From Maricaulis sp. (lineage in GTDB: Bacteria > Pseudomonadota > Alphaproteobacteria > Caulobacterales > Maricaulaceae), in assembly GCA_029251785.1 (NCBI GenBank), contig JAQXCQ010000126.1, forward strand, positions 13,702 through 77,701: a stretch of DNA of 64,000 nt, in the 5' to 3' direction. Shown piece by piece: positions 1 through 11,029 of the stretch (position 1 is the first letter of the stretch; every line of letters begins with the position of its first letter). A program made the position numbers and the translations under genes. The notes below the pieces were generated by a model. That model was not told where the DNA came from and did no database searches. It saw only the letters and a list, made by a program, of their open reading frames with translations.

Positions 1-216
1 GGCTTTCGCGAGCAGATGCAAACAGAGCGCTGCGTGTCGCAATGTTACTCGGTTGCGGCTCCGGCGGATTACGTTTTGATTGTGCACGCGCAAAGCCTGA
101 GTGCCTATGAGCGCTGGGCGGAGGCCGCCATTCAGGGCAATCAGGATGTGCTGCGCTATGAAACCACGGTCGCTTTCACGACGGTGAAATTCACAACCCA
201 AATCGCCGTGAGCTAG
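1..216 (+). CDS. Lrp/AsnC-family transcriptional regulator, C-terminal (RAM) domain fragment; 5' end lies outside the window
   Basis: Frame 1 is open from nt 1. Translation ...VSQCYSVAAPADYVLIVHAQSLSAYERWAEAAIQGNQDVLRYETTVAFTTVKF fits the AsnC-type effector domain pattern (xG-xDYll-v, ye-f, t-vl--vK). Confidence 0.6.
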   Translation, partial: GFREQMQTERCVSQCYSVAAPADYVLIVHAQSLSAYERWAEAAIQGNQDVLRYETTVAFTTVKFTTQIAVS

Positions 217-220
217 CCGA

Positions 221-2194
221 TTAATCCGCTCCCGTGGCTTCCTCTTGATCCGCATTCCCTGTCAGATACGTGTTGAGGAAATCCAGATAGGCTTCCGACG
301 CGGTGATGCGGTTTTCACGGCGTCGGAAGCCGTGGCCTTCGTCGTCGAAAAGAACATATTCGACCGGCACACCATTGGCGCGGACAGCCGCAACAAGTTC
401 GTCGCTTTCTACCTGCAGGACACGGGGGTCATTGGCCCCTTGAATGACCAACATCGGGCGGATCACGTGTTCGGCGTGAAACAGCGGTGAGATGCGTTCA
501 TGACGCTCGGCATCGGTGGCCGGATCGCCCATCTCGTCATACAGCGCCTCGCGGAAGGATTCCCACCAGGGCGGGATGGACTGCAATGTCCGCACCCAGT
601 TTGTGACGCCGAAGATATTGATGCCCAACTCGAAGGCTTCGGGGTGGAAGGTGAGGGCAGCGGCGGTTATGTAGCCGCCATATGATCCCCCGATGACCGC
701 GACCTGATCGTCGGCGACCCAGTCGAGCGACCGCAAATAGTCACCGGCGGCGACGATGTCTTGCAGATCCGCTTCACCATGGTGCCGGTCATCCATGTGA
801 TAGAAGGTTTTGCCATAGCCGGATGAACCGCGATTATTGGCGGCGTAGACGGCATAGCCGTGATTGACCAGGTGTTGGATGGTGGCGGAATAGCCGATAC
901 GGCTCTGGCCACCGGGACCACCATGAACCCAGACAAGTGCCGGCACCGGATTATCAGCGGAGGCACCGTGTGGACGGTACATGATGCCGGGAATTTCCAG
1001 GCCATCGAAGCTTTCAAAGCGAACGACTTGAGCGTCGACCATCTCCGCTTCTGTGATGTCTGGATGTAGAGCGTTGGTGAGCTGGCTGTGGTCCTGTGTG
1101 TTGAGATCGACCACGTGCAAATTGGACGGTGATGTGGCGGCATTGATCAGGAAGGCGACCTGGCTTTCATCACGGGAATAACGAACATTGCGGAGATCAC
1201 CCGCGGGCAGGTCGGGCAGGGCGACGGCGCTGCCGCTTTCCAAATCGGTCAAACTTAGCTCGGTGCGGCCATCGGCATTGATTCCGACGACCTGATAGCG
1301 GCCGGACGGCGAATAGCTGACAAAGGAGACATCCCAATCGGCCTCGATTAGGGGCGCACGTTCGCCACTGGCCATGTCCATGGTCCAGGCCTGATTGAAT
1401 TCTCCGTGTTCGTCGGTGGCATAGACCAGCTGGGCGCTATCCGGTGTGAATGTGTAGACGCCGTAGGCGATATTGCCTTCGTGCTCGGTGACGACTTCTG
1501 GTGTTGCACCCGGGGTGGAAAGGTCGAGCAGCAGGATATCGCCATCAGCAGACGTGCGATTGCGCACAAGGGCAAGCCAATTTCCGTCCGGGCTGACCGC
1601 GCCGATCTGCAGCGCGTCCGTGTTTTCAAACACCACGCCGCTCTCATAGCTCAGTGTATCGTATTCATAGATATCAAAGGCGGCCTGATCGCGCTCATTT
1701 GTGGCGATCCAGGCATCATTGCCCTCGGGAGACCAGCCCATGAAGAAGGCCTTGGTCTCTTCGCCCGGCGTAATGTCGCTGAGGCGTCCGTCCAGTTCCC
1801 GGACAAAGATATGGTTGAGCTCATCGCCGCCACCATCGGCAGTGACGAGCGCGCGATCATCGCCGGGAAACCAGCTGACGGCATAGGTGGCATTGGTATT
1901 ACTGGTGGTCAGCGCTTCACGATCGCCGGTGGCCGGGTCGACGGAATATGCGTTGAACACGCCGGTTTCATCGGAGCTGATCAGGATGCGCCCCTGAGAG
2001 GAGAAGCTGTGCCCACCGGAATTTGCCATGTTGAAGCTTGTGGTCTGATGGAAGACCGAAGCGGAATAAGTGGCCCGGGCTTGAGAGATGGTTTCGGACG
2101 TCGTGTCAGGGGTCTCACCGGACGGTGCGGGCTGGCAGGCGATCGCCAATCCCAGGGCACTGACGATCGGCAGGGTGGATAGAAAATAGCGCAT
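221..2194 (-). CDS. S9 family serine peptidase (prolyl oligopeptidase/dipeptidyl aminopeptidase type), secreted lipoprotein
   Basis: C-terminal alpha/beta domain with GGSYGGY nucleophile elbow and downstream D and H (QGANDPRV, DDEGHGF); N-terminal beta-propeller-like region. Start moved to MRYFLSTLPIVSALGLAIAC (lipobox signal) at 2194. Confidence 0.9.
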   Translation of the reverse strand: MRYFLSTLPIVSALGLAIACQPAPSGETPDTTSETISQARATYSASVFHQTTSFNMANSGGHSFSSQGRILISSDETGVFNAYSVDPATGDREALTTSNTNATYAVSWFPGDDRALVTADGGGDELNHIFVRELDGRLSDITPGEETKAFFMGWSPEGNDAWIATNERDQAAFDIYEYDTLSYESGVVFENTDALQIGAVSPDGNWLALVRNRTSADGDILLLDLSTPGATPEVVTEHEGNIAYGVYTFTPDSAQLVYATDEHGEFNQAWTMDMASGERAPLIEADWDVSFVSYSPSGRYQVVGINADGRTELSLTDLESGSAVALPDLPAGDLRNVRYSRDESQVAFLINAATSPSNLHVVDLNTQDHSQLTNALHPDITEAEMVDAQVVRFESFDGLEIPGIMYRPHGASADNPVPALVWVHGGPGGQSRIGYSATIQHLVNHGYAVYAANNRGSSGYGKTFYHMDDRHHGEADLQDIVAAGDYLRSLDWVADDQVAVIGGSYGGYITAAALTFHPEAFELGINIFGVTNWVRTLQSIPPWWESFREALYDEMGDPATDAERHERISPLFHAEHVIRPMLVIQGANDPRVLQVESDELVAAVRANGVPVEYVLFDDEGHGFRRRENRITASEAYLDFLNTYLTGNADQEEATGAD

Positions 2195-2344
2195 GATGCT
2201 TCCCCTCAAAGTTGCGGGAAGAGTATGTCGGATTGCCGCAGAGGCAAGCATTCTGTTGATTATAAGTTATTGCAACCCGATCTGAGTGCTCGACAAGTGC
2301 GTGAGCGCGCGCCAACGTCAATCTACGTAATAAATGGAGAATTT

Positions 2345-3574
2345 ATGCTGTTACCACGTAAAATGTTCGCCGGATCGGTCTTGGGTGTCTGTCTGTTGAG
2401 CTCGGCATGTGCCATGGAGCCGGACCTGGACGCCTGCCAATTGGATGAGGCGGCATTGGGCGATGCTATTTCGCGTTCTGAGGCGTGGATTGACGGGTAT
2501 TTCTCACTCGTAGAAACCATCTCCGGTGGTGCTCATCATGGAACCAGCGTAGCGGTGAGTGCCTGTGGGCAGATTGTCTGGCAGGCCGGGTTTGGCTTTG
2601 CCGATATCGAGACGCAGACACCTGTCACGATCGAGAGTCTGTTTCGCGCGGGCAGTGTTGCCAAGACGCTGACATCGCCTCTGCTGGTGCAGGCCGAGGC
2701 CCGGGGTGACCTGGACCTGGACGCGGATATCAGGACCTATTTTCCGGCGTTTCCGCAAAAGGAGTATGAATTTTCGACACGTCAATTGGCCGGGCATCTC
2801 GCGGGCATTCGACACTATGCTGGCGATGAATTCGCCAGCAATATTGCCTTCGAGACGGTGTCTGATGGTTTGGTGATTTTTCAGGATGACCCGCTCGAAT
2901 TCGAGCCCGGGACGCAATGGTCCTATTCCAGCTATGGCTGGAATTTGTTGAGTGCTGTTGTCGAGGGGGCGACCGGGCGCGACTATCTCGAGATGATGCA
3001 GAGTGATGTTTTCGATCCGGCCGGGATGGATAGCACATTTGCCGAGGGGCGCGCTGACACACCTGACGGGCAGGTGACCTATTACAGTTATGACCAGCAA
3101 AACCAGGCGATGGTTGTAGCTCCTGCGGTTAACAATTCGGTTAAATGGGCGAGTGGCGGCTTTATCTCCACACCGACGGATCTGTTGCGGTTTGGTCTGG
3201 CGATGGAGGACGGAACGCTGGTGTCTCCGGAGGCCTTCGATGTCCTGCGTGAAACGCTTCACACGAATGATGGTGAAGCAACCAATTATGGTTTGGGGTG
3301 GGCCATCGACATGATGCCGCGCCAGCTTGGCGGTACCGCACAGGTTTATTCAGAAGAGGATGTCGCTCGTACGACGGCGATCTTTGAGGGCATGACTAGC
3401 TATGGCCATACGGGCGGATCGATGGGCAGTACAACGGTGTTTGTGACCGTGCGAGACGAGGACACAAGCTTCACGGTCGCGGCTATGAGTAATTCAGGAA
3501 TTGGTCCGGCCTATGCCGTGTTGGTACTGGGTGAGTTTGTGGCGGCATCTCAAGAAGCCCGTGCCGGAGAGTAG
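2345..3574 (+). CDS. serine hydrolase, beta-lactamase (class C/EstB-like) family, lipoprotein
   Basis: S-x-x-K motif (SVAKT), YSSYGW, HTGGSMG box. Signal MLLPRKMFAGSVLGVCLLSSAC with GGAGA RBS 5 nt upstream of ATG 2345. Confidence 0.85.
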   Translation: MLLPRKMFAGSVLGVCLLSSACAMEPDLDACQLDEAALGDAISRSEAWIDGYFSLVETISGGAHHGTSVAVSACGQIVWQAGFGFADIETQTPVTIESLFRAGSVAKTLTSPLLVQAEARGDLDLDADIRTYFPAFPQKEYEFSTRQLAGHLAGIRHYAGDEFASNIAFETVSDGLVIFQDDPLEFEPGTQWSYSSYGWNLLSAVVEGATGRDYLEMMQSDVFDPAGMDSTFAEGRADTPDGQVTYYSYDQQNQAMVVAPAVNNSVKWASGGFISTPTDLLRFGLAMEDGTLVSPEAFDVLRETLHTNDGEATNYGLGWAIDMMPRQLGGTAQVYSEEDVARTTAIFEGMTSYGHTGGSMGSTTVFVTVRDEDTSFTVAAMSNSGIGPAYAVLVLGEFVAASQEARAGE

Positions 3575-3619
3575 CTGACGGCGGTAAGGACTGACAGGTA
3601 CCATCGTTTTTGACACTCG

Positions 3620-3659
3620 AAAAAAAAGGCCGCCCCGTTTCCGGTGCGGCCTTCTTTTT
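3620..3659. terminator. bidirectional rho-independent terminator between convergent serine hydrolase and groEL
   Basis: A-run, then GGCCGCCCCG-TTTC-CGGTGCGGCC stem-loop, then TTCTTTTT; usable from both strands. Confidence 0.7.
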
Positions 3660-3689
3660 AGCGTCTGAGCGAGTGCCCAGGCGGGATGA

Positions 3690-5357
<1,668 letters not shown>

Positions 5358-5388
5358 TTAAATGTTGCTTTGAAAGGCGGGCTGCTGA

Positions 5389-5679
5389 TTAAGCGCCCAT
5401 CACACCGAGAATGTCGGACTCTTTCATGATGATCAGCTCGTTACCGTCGAGGGTAACTTCTGTGCCGGACCATTTGCCGAACAGAATGCGATCGCCGGTT
5501 TTGACGTCGAGGCTGCGGACAGAGCCGTCATCCTTGATGGCGCCGCCGCCGATGGCCATAACTTCGCCTTCTTGAGGCTTTTCCTTGGCCGTGTCAGGGA
5601 TGATGATACCACCCTTGGACTTGGACTCTTCTTCTACGCGCTTAACCAGCACGCGATCGTGCAGAGGACGAAAGGTCAT
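5389..5679 (-). CDS. groES: co-chaperonin GroES (Cpn10)
   Basis: 96 aa, [40 protein letters not shown]...; GGAGA RBS; 46 nt upstream of groEL. Confidence 0.99.
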   Translation of the reverse strand: MTFRPLHDRVLVKRVEEESKSKGGIIIPDTAKEKPQEGEVMAIGGGAIKDDGSVRSLDVKTGDRILFGKWSGTEVTLDGNELIIMKESDILGVMGA

Positions 5680-5734
5680 CTTTATAGTCTCCGAAAGAGG
5701 ACAGTTGAAAATCTTCAGCCTTCGATTACCGAGT

Positions 5735-5761
5735 TTGGCACTCGTTTGTTTCGACTGCTAA
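5735..5761 (-). promoter_or_regulatory. CIRCE operator (HrcA binding site) in groESL leader
   Basis: TTGGCACTC-N9-GACTGCTAA versus consensus TTAGCACTC-N9-GAGTGCTAA (2 mismatches). Located between the putative promoter and the groES RBS. Confidence 0.8.
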
Positions 5762-5768
5762 CAGGGGG

Positions 5769-5798
5769 CACATAGGACTCTGTTTGCCTTGCGTCAAG
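5769..5798 (-). promoter_or_regulatory. putative groESL promoter
   Basis: Minus strand reads CTTGACG-N17-TATGTG (also readable as heat-shock-type CTTG-N18-CCTATGT) immediately upstream of CIRCE. Not experimentally anchored. Confidence 0.45.
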
Positions 5799-5969
5799 AG
5801 GCGGGCCGGCAATTTTGTTGATGAATCTTTAACGGGGTCGCGCGGCCATCGTTGCGATAAACACTGCAGATCATCGCGGGTTCATCGATGAGGCGCTATT
5901 TCGGGTCTTGATTCACAGCGTCACCATCATCAGTTTAGCGTGATCAGCGCACATAGAGAGGTAGAGTTT

Positions 5970-6635
5970 ATGAGTTTTCGTATGACAGCTGTCATTGCCG
6001 CCGCGCTTGTCGCATCGGCCTGTACCACCACAGACCCATATACCGGTGAGACCCGCACGAATCATACTGGACAGGGCGCGCTTCTGGGTGCGGCTGCCGG
6101 TGCGGCGCTGGGTTATCTGACCAATACGTCCGATTCCGAGGAGGGCCGGACCAATGCGCTGATCGGGGCGGGTATCGGTGCGCTCGCGGGTGCGGGTATC
6201 GGTCGGTACATGGACCAGCAGGAAGCGGCCATGCGCTCTGCACTCAGCGAATCCGGCGTGGGCGTGCGGCGGCAGGGCAATGATTTGCTGCTTTTGATGC
6301 CCGGTGACATCACCTTCGACAGCAATTCCTCGGCGATCACGGCGGATTTCTACCGCGTCCTCAATGATGTGTCAGATGTGCTCAATCGCTATCCGGCGAC
6401 CTATGTGGATGTGACCGGCCATGCCGATTCCACAGGTCCAGACGACTATAATCAATCGCTCTCAGAGCGCCGGGCTTCTTCGGTCGGGGGCTATCTTGTC
6501 GCCCAGGGCGTGCTGCGGGAGCGTTTCTATATTGGTGGGATGGGTGAACGTTCGCCCATTGCGTCCAATGATACCGAATATGGGCGGCGAGAGAATCGTC
6601 GCGTTGAAATCTTGATCCGGCCGCATACTGGCTAG
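5970..6635 (+). CDS. OmpA-family lipoprotein with glycine-zipper region and OmpA/MotB C-terminal peptidoglycan-binding domain
   Basis: Signal MSFRMTAVIAAALVASAC; glycine zipper GALLGAAAGAALGY...GAGIGALAGAGIG; OmpA_C motifs TGHADSTGPDDYNQSLSERRA...RRVEI. Confidence 0.85.
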   Translation: MSFRMTAVIAAALVASACTTTDPYTGETRTNHTGQGALLGAAAGAALGYLTNTSDSEEGRTNALIGAGIGALAGAGIGRYMDQQEAAMRSALSESGVGVRRQGNDLLLLMPGDITFDSNSSAITADFYRVLNDVSDVLNRYPATYVDVTGHADSTGPDDYNQSLSERRASSVGGYLVAQGVLRERFYIGGMGERSPIASNDTEYGRRENRRVEILIRPHTG

Positions 6636-6660
6636 ATGAAAACCGACACTGTTATTTTTG

Positions 6661-6696
6661 CGAGGCGGAGCACGGATGTGCTTCGCCTCGTTTTGT
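6661..6696 (+). terminator. rho-independent terminator after OmpA-family gene
   Basis: GCGAGGCGGAGCAC-GGAT-GTGCTTCGCCTCG (13 bp stem, one G:U) followed by TTTTG. Confidence 0.7.
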
Positions 6697-6829
6697 CCTG
6701 GGCCTGGAGGGCGGCGGGCAAAGTCGTGGAAAACTAAAATTTACCTTCATTAACCAAACGACAACCCGGGGCGACGCAGCTTAACCTTTCCGCGGGAAGC
6801 CGTGATTCGCGGTGTTAGAAGGTCGGACC

Positions 6830-8035
6830 ATGCCTCGATTGATGGATATCTATGTTGTCATGCTCTACGCGTCGATCGCGTTAGTGGCCGCGGCAGCGTT
6901 CGACTATTTCAATCTCATGTCGACCACCTATGCGTGGTTGATGGGCGCAATGGTGTTTTTGGTGGCCGGCCAGGTGTATTCGTCCGTTCTTCGGTCACAG
7001 GAACGTGCCGAAACGCGCGATGAAATACACAAGCTGAAAGCCTCCAATCGCGAATTGGCCGATGAGTTCGCCGCGGCGCAGCAACGTCTTGATGCGATTA
7101 CTGATGATATCCGGACGGAGGCGGTCGAGCGGGATAACGCGCTGGTGCACGAAGTGAAAGTTCTGGAGGATTTGGTGCGGCGAGTCGGTGACGGCCCGTC
7201 TGATCAAGGCGCGCTCGGAAGCCAAACCTCCACAACCAAAGTTAATATCGCCACCGTACGAGAAGCGTTGGCGGACAATCGTGTTGATTTGTATCTCCAA
7301 CCTATCGTCAGCCTCCCGCAGCGCCGCACTTATTTTTACGAAAGCTTTACTCGCTTACGGGATGCGACAGGCCGCATATTGCCGCCCGGCGCGTTTCTTG
7401 AGGCGGCCGAACAGGCCGGCCTGATGACGGAAGTAGACAATGTGCTGCTGTTCCGTTGCGTACAGATCGTGCGTCGGCTGACCCAACAAGATCGCCGGGT
7501 TGCGATTTTCTGCAATATCTCCATGAACTCGCTGGCGGACGAGGAGTTTTTCCCGTCATTCCTTGATTTTATTCGACAAAACTCGGATTTGGCCGGATCG
7601 TTGATCTTTGAGCTTCCACAACGTGCCTTTGACGAACGCAATGCCATAGCAGCGCGCAATATGGCGCGGATGGTCGATTTCGGTTTCCGCTTCTCGATCG
7701 ACCAGGTCAATGACGTCAATATGGACTTGAACGCATTACAGCGGGCCGGTGTGCGGTTTGTGAAAATTGTCGGTGAGCAATTGATCGGCGCGATTACTGA
7801 GTACAAGCCAATCGGCGGCCTCGAAGGGGGTGCGTTGACCGCTGAAGACGTTGCCGGTCATTTCGCACGGTATGGTGTGGATCTGATCGCGGAGAAGGTC
7901 GAGTCAGAATCCACGATCGTAGAGATCCTTGAGCTCGACATCGCCTACGGTCAGGGCCACCTGTTTGGTGAGCCGAGACCTGTTCGAGGCGAAATGATCG
8001 AAGCAGCTGACGAGCAGCCTCGCAAATCGGCCTGA
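6830..8035 (+). CDS. membrane-anchored coiled-coil EAL-domain protein with partly degenerate catalytic motifs (TipF-like architecture)
   Basis: Two N-terminal hydrophobic helices, a charged heptad-like segment, then an EAL fold (LQPIVSL...ESFTR...NIS...FELPQ...SIDQV...VKIVG...AEKVE...GQGHLFG). ATG 6830 is preceded by AGAAGG. Confidence 0.85.
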   Translation: MPRLMDIYVVMLYASIALVAAAAFDYFNLMSTTYAWLMGAMVFLVAGQVYSSVLRSQERAETRDEIHKLKASNRELADEFAAAQQRLDAITDDIRTEAVERDNALVHEVKVLEDLVRRVGDGPSDQGALGSQTSTTKVNIATVREALADNRVDLYLQPIVSLPQRRTYFYESFTRLRDATGRILPPGAFLEAAEQAGLMTEVDNVLLFRCVQIVRRLTQQDRRVAIFCNISMNSLADEEFFPSFLDFIRQNSDLAGSLIFELPQRAFDERNAIAARNMARMVDFGFRFSIDQVNDVNMDLNALQRAGVRFVKIVGEQLIGAITEYKPIGGLEGGALTAEDVAGHFARYGVDLIAEKVESESTIVEILELDIAYGQGHLFGEPRPVRGEMIEAADEQPRKSA

Positions 8036-8072
8036 TAGCCTTCCAGCCATTTGAAACGCGCCGCCGATGCCA

Positions 8073-8106
8073 CAAAAAAGCGCGCCCGAGGGCGCGCTGG
8101 GTTTTG
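8073..8106. terminator. bidirectional terminator between convergent EAL gene and cheZ
   Basis: ACAAAAAA, then AGCGCGCC-CGAG-GGCGCGCT, then GGGTTTTG. Confidence 0.65.
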
Positions 8107-8140
8107 TGACCTGGGCGGATTGAGTGAGCCCAAGCCGTCC

Positions 8141-8842
8141 TTAATCGAACAAATTGTCGATAGAGCCTTGATCGAGTGGTATCACCGGCTCTGATCCACC
8201 GTCATCGCTGCCAAACATGGCGTCGATATCGTCCTGGCTGGTTTCCGGGCCACCGATCGCCGGACCATTGAGCAATTGCTCGCGTGCCCGCTTTTCTTCA
8301 GTCGATTCCTCGACCTTCATGGCTTCTTCCTGAACGCCCATAACTTCGGCGAAGCGGGAGACACGACTTTCGACATGTCGCAGGCTTCCGACCACCTTGG
8401 AGACACGTTGTCCCGCGAGGTCTTGAAAACTGCATGCCTCGATAATCGTCATCATTCGTGCTTCGACGTCGGCGCGATACTTGTCGTAATCTGCCTCCTC
8501 GCTGCACAACACTTCTTCAGCCTGGGTCATGATGGCCTCGGTGGCACGCTCGGTATCACCGACCATGGCTTCGAGTTCCTGACCCGCACTTGGAATGCGT
8601 TCCGAGGTGATATCGTTCGGGCGCAGCGCTGAGATCTCATCACGAGTGCGCGAGATATACTCTGCGATATAGTTGAATTCGTTACAGATCGATTGGTCGA
8701 GGGAGCTGAAAAATAGCTTCATCGTATCCGTCAACTGGTGAGCCAGTTTCAAGACTTCCATGATCTGTGCGTCCTGCAGGTCACTCGCTTTTAAATTGGC
8801 GAGTGAAGAGCGAACTTGCGCGGCAACATTGGCGGCGGGCAT
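8141..8842 (-). CDS. cheZ: CheY-P phosphatase CheZ
   Basis: FQDLAGQ active-site box (E. coli DFQDLTGQ with D143/Q147), LLNGP linker motif, acidic C-terminal peptide GSIDNLFD. Start MPAANV at 8842 with GGAAGGAGG RBS. Confidence 0.85.
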   Translation of the reverse strand: MPAANVAAQVRSSLANLKASDLQDAQIMEVLKLAHQLTDTMKLFFSSLDQSICNEFNYIAEYISRTRDEISALRPNDITSERIPSAGQELEAMVGDTERATEAIMTQAEEVLCSEEADYDKYRADVEARMMTIIEACSFQDLAGQRVSKVVGSLRHVESRVSRFAEVMGVQEEAMKVEESTEEKRAREQLLNGPAIGGPETSQDDIDAMFGSDDGGSEPVIPLDQGSIDNLFD

Positions 8843-8893
8843 ATGGCCCTCCTTCCTTGGCAAACTCTTCAGAAAATGCTCGATGGTTCAGGA

Positions 8894-9280
8894 CTAGAAG
8901 TCGCCGAGTACCGCGGACATTTTGGCTTTCAGAGTGCCAGCATTGAATGGTTTGACGATGTAATTATTCACACCGGCGCGCTTGGCGGCGACGACGTTTT
9001 CCGTCTTCGATTCGGCGGTCACCATGATGAAGGGCGTTGCCTTCAGGCCGTCATCGCTGCGCACTTTTTGCAGCAGCTCATAGCCCGTCATGGGTTCCAT
9101 ATTCCAGTCAGAAATGACCAGCCCGTATTTGTTCTCTTGCATCTTGGCAAAAGCTTCTTGCCCGTCTGCTGCATCGTCTACATTGTCAAACCCAATCTGC
9201 TTTAGCAGGTTGCGAATGATTCTGATCATGGTTTTGTAGTCGTCTACAACCAAAATCGACATCGTCATTTCGACTGCCAT
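8894..9280 (-). CDS. cheY: single-domain response regulator CheY
   Basis: 128 aa receiver: VVDD, ISDWNMEPMTG (phospho-Asp), MVTAES, NNYIVKPF. Start MAVEMTMS at 9280 has a GGAGA RBS; the longer 199-aa ORF extension was rejected. Confidence 0.9.
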   Translation of the reverse strand: MAVEMTMSILVVDDYKTMIRIIRNLLKQIGFDNVDDAADGQEAFAKMQENKYGLVISDWNMEPMTGYELLQKVRSDDGLKATPFIMVTAESKTENVVAAKRAGVNNYIVKPFNAGTLKAKMSAVLGDF

Positions 9281-9401
9281 ACTTAGTCTCCATCCACTCG
9301 GCGCGTTTAAATCATGACAGCTTGTTCCGCTGTCTTCAGTTAGCACCCTAGACAATTGCTGATAAAAATCGGTTAAAGCGGTGAGAAAGACGGAGATGAA
9401 G

Positions 9402-9845
9402 ATGTCAGAACAAACCGGAATCCCCTTGGAAGAAATGCAAATCGGGCAATCTGCGGAAACTGTTCGAGAGGTGACGGAAGCGACCTTGGACATGTTTGCA
9501 GAGGTTTCAGGGGACTATAACCCAGTTCACATGGACGAAGCTTTCGCCAGAAAAACACCGTTTCGGGGGCGAATTGCACACGGTGCATTGGTCGCCTCTT
9601 TCATTTCTGGTGTGCTGGGAAATCAATTGCCCGGACCGGGGGCGATCTTCCTTGGTCTCAACATGCGGTTTCATCTGCCTGTCCGGATCGGCGATACGGT
9701 GACGACCCGTGTCACGGTGAAATCGATTGATCTGGAAAGCCGCAAGGCGGTCATGGATTGCGTGTGCGAGGTAAATGGCAAAGTAACCATGCAGGCCGAT
9801 GCCGAAGTGATGGTTCGCAAGCCCCGCAAGAAAAAAGCGGACTGA
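9402..9845 (+). CDS. MaoC-like (R)-specific enoyl-CoA hydratase/dehydratase
   Basis: Hydratase-2 motif FAEVSGDYNPVHMDEAFA; hot-dog fold length (147 aa). Confidence 0.9.
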   Translation: MSEQTGIPLEEMQIGQSAETVREVTEATLDMFAEVSGDYNPVHMDEAFARKTPFRGRIAHGALVASFISGVLGNQLPGPGAIFLGLNMRFHLPVRIGDTVTTRVTVKSIDLESRKAVMDCVCEVNGKVTMQADAEVMVRKPRKKKAD

Positions 9846-9851
9846 TTCACA

Positions 9852-10784
9852 ATGCAGGTGCTGTCCGGTCACAAGGATGTTCCAAAGTCGGCCCGCGGCG
9901 CAGTCATTGCGTTGGGGAATTTCGACGGTGTTCATGCCGGTCACCGGGCAGTTATAGAAACGGCTCGCGCTCTGGCGTCGCGACTGAATGCGCCCCTGGG
10001 CGTCGCGTTGTTTGAGCCACATCCGCGGCGATACTTTGCTCCAGATGCGCGACCATTCAGGTTGATGAGCCCTCGGTGTCGCAATGAAACCCTTTCCGAA
10101 CTCGGTGTGCAGCGCGTTCACGCGTTGTCCTTTGACCGCGCCATGGCCGCAATGACACCGTCGCAATTTGTCCAATCTGTTTTGAATGACGGCCTCGGGG
10201 TTGCCGGCGTGGTGACCGGGGAGGATTTTAATTTTGGCGTCGGGCGAACCGGTTCGATCTCTGATCTCCAGACCCTTTGTGCAGGCCACGGCATTGCAAC
10301 GGATTTTGCCCGGCTACACTCAAATGGCGTCGACAAAGTCTCCTCCACACGGATCCGCAAGGCCATTCATGATGGCGATATGAGCGCTGCGGCCGAGCTT
10401 TTGGGGCAGCCATGGAGTGTGGATGGCAGGGTCATTCGCGGCGATCAGCGTGGGCGAACGATCGGTTTTCCGACCGCCAATATAGACCTGACTGACTATG
10501 TGCGCCCGGATTACGGTGTCTATGCTGTGATGGTGCGGATCGCGGGTTCGGATGATCGCCTGCCGGCCGTGGCCAATATCGGTAAGCGCCCCACGATTGG
10601 GGGTGATACCGAATTGTTGGAAGTGCATGTGTTGGATTTTTCTGGTGATTTATATGATCGGGAATTGCGCATAGAGTTTTATGACCATCTGCGTCGTGAG
10701 CAAAAATTCGACGGGCTGGAGGCACTCAAGGCTCAAATCGCGGCAGATGCGGCCGCTGCGAAGCAATGTTTGGCGCAAGTTTGA
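9852..10784 (+). CDS. ribF: bifunctional riboflavin kinase/FMN adenylyltransferase
   Basis: GNFDGVHAGH nucleotidyltransferase motif; C-terminal riboflavin kinase motifs GRTIGFPTANI, LEVHVLDFSGDLYD. Confidence 0.95.
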   Translation: MQVLSGHKDVPKSARGAVIALGNFDGVHAGHRAVIETARALASRLNAPLGVALFEPHPRRYFAPDARPFRLMSPRCRNETLSELGVQRVHALSFDRAMAAMTPSQFVQSVLNDGLGVAGVVTGEDFNFGVGRTGSISDLQTLCAGHGIATDFARLHSNGVDKVSSTRIRKAIHDGDMSAAAELLGQPWSVDGRVIRGDQRGRTIGFPTANIDLTDYVRPDYGVYAVMVRIAGSDDRLPAVANIGKRPTIGGDTELLEVHVLDFSGDLYDRELRIEFYDHLRREQKFDGLEALKAQIAADAAAAKQCLAQV

Positions 10785-11029
10785 TCCGACAAGAGATGAT
10801 TTGGTGACTGGCGTGGCTGGACCGGCCTGACGGGCTCTGATACATGCGGGACATGGTCCACACTCCCGTAAACATACGTGTCGCGGGGGCAGTGCATAAC
10901 ACTGTTCAGGCGCGAATAACCGGCACCAGGCGAATTACTGGCCCGGGCCGCGCGGGGTAGACTGTGCGGTTCCGGGACTATTGCCAGATGTTGACCTTTT
11001 AGCCTGCCAAACCGCAAGGACCCGATCCG

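Noticed and set aside
9281-9493. 71-codon N-terminal extension of the cheY ORF (199-aa version)
   Set aside because: The extension has no receiver-domain counterpart and would overlap the maoC-like start region. A GGAGA RBS precedes the internal ATG at 9280.
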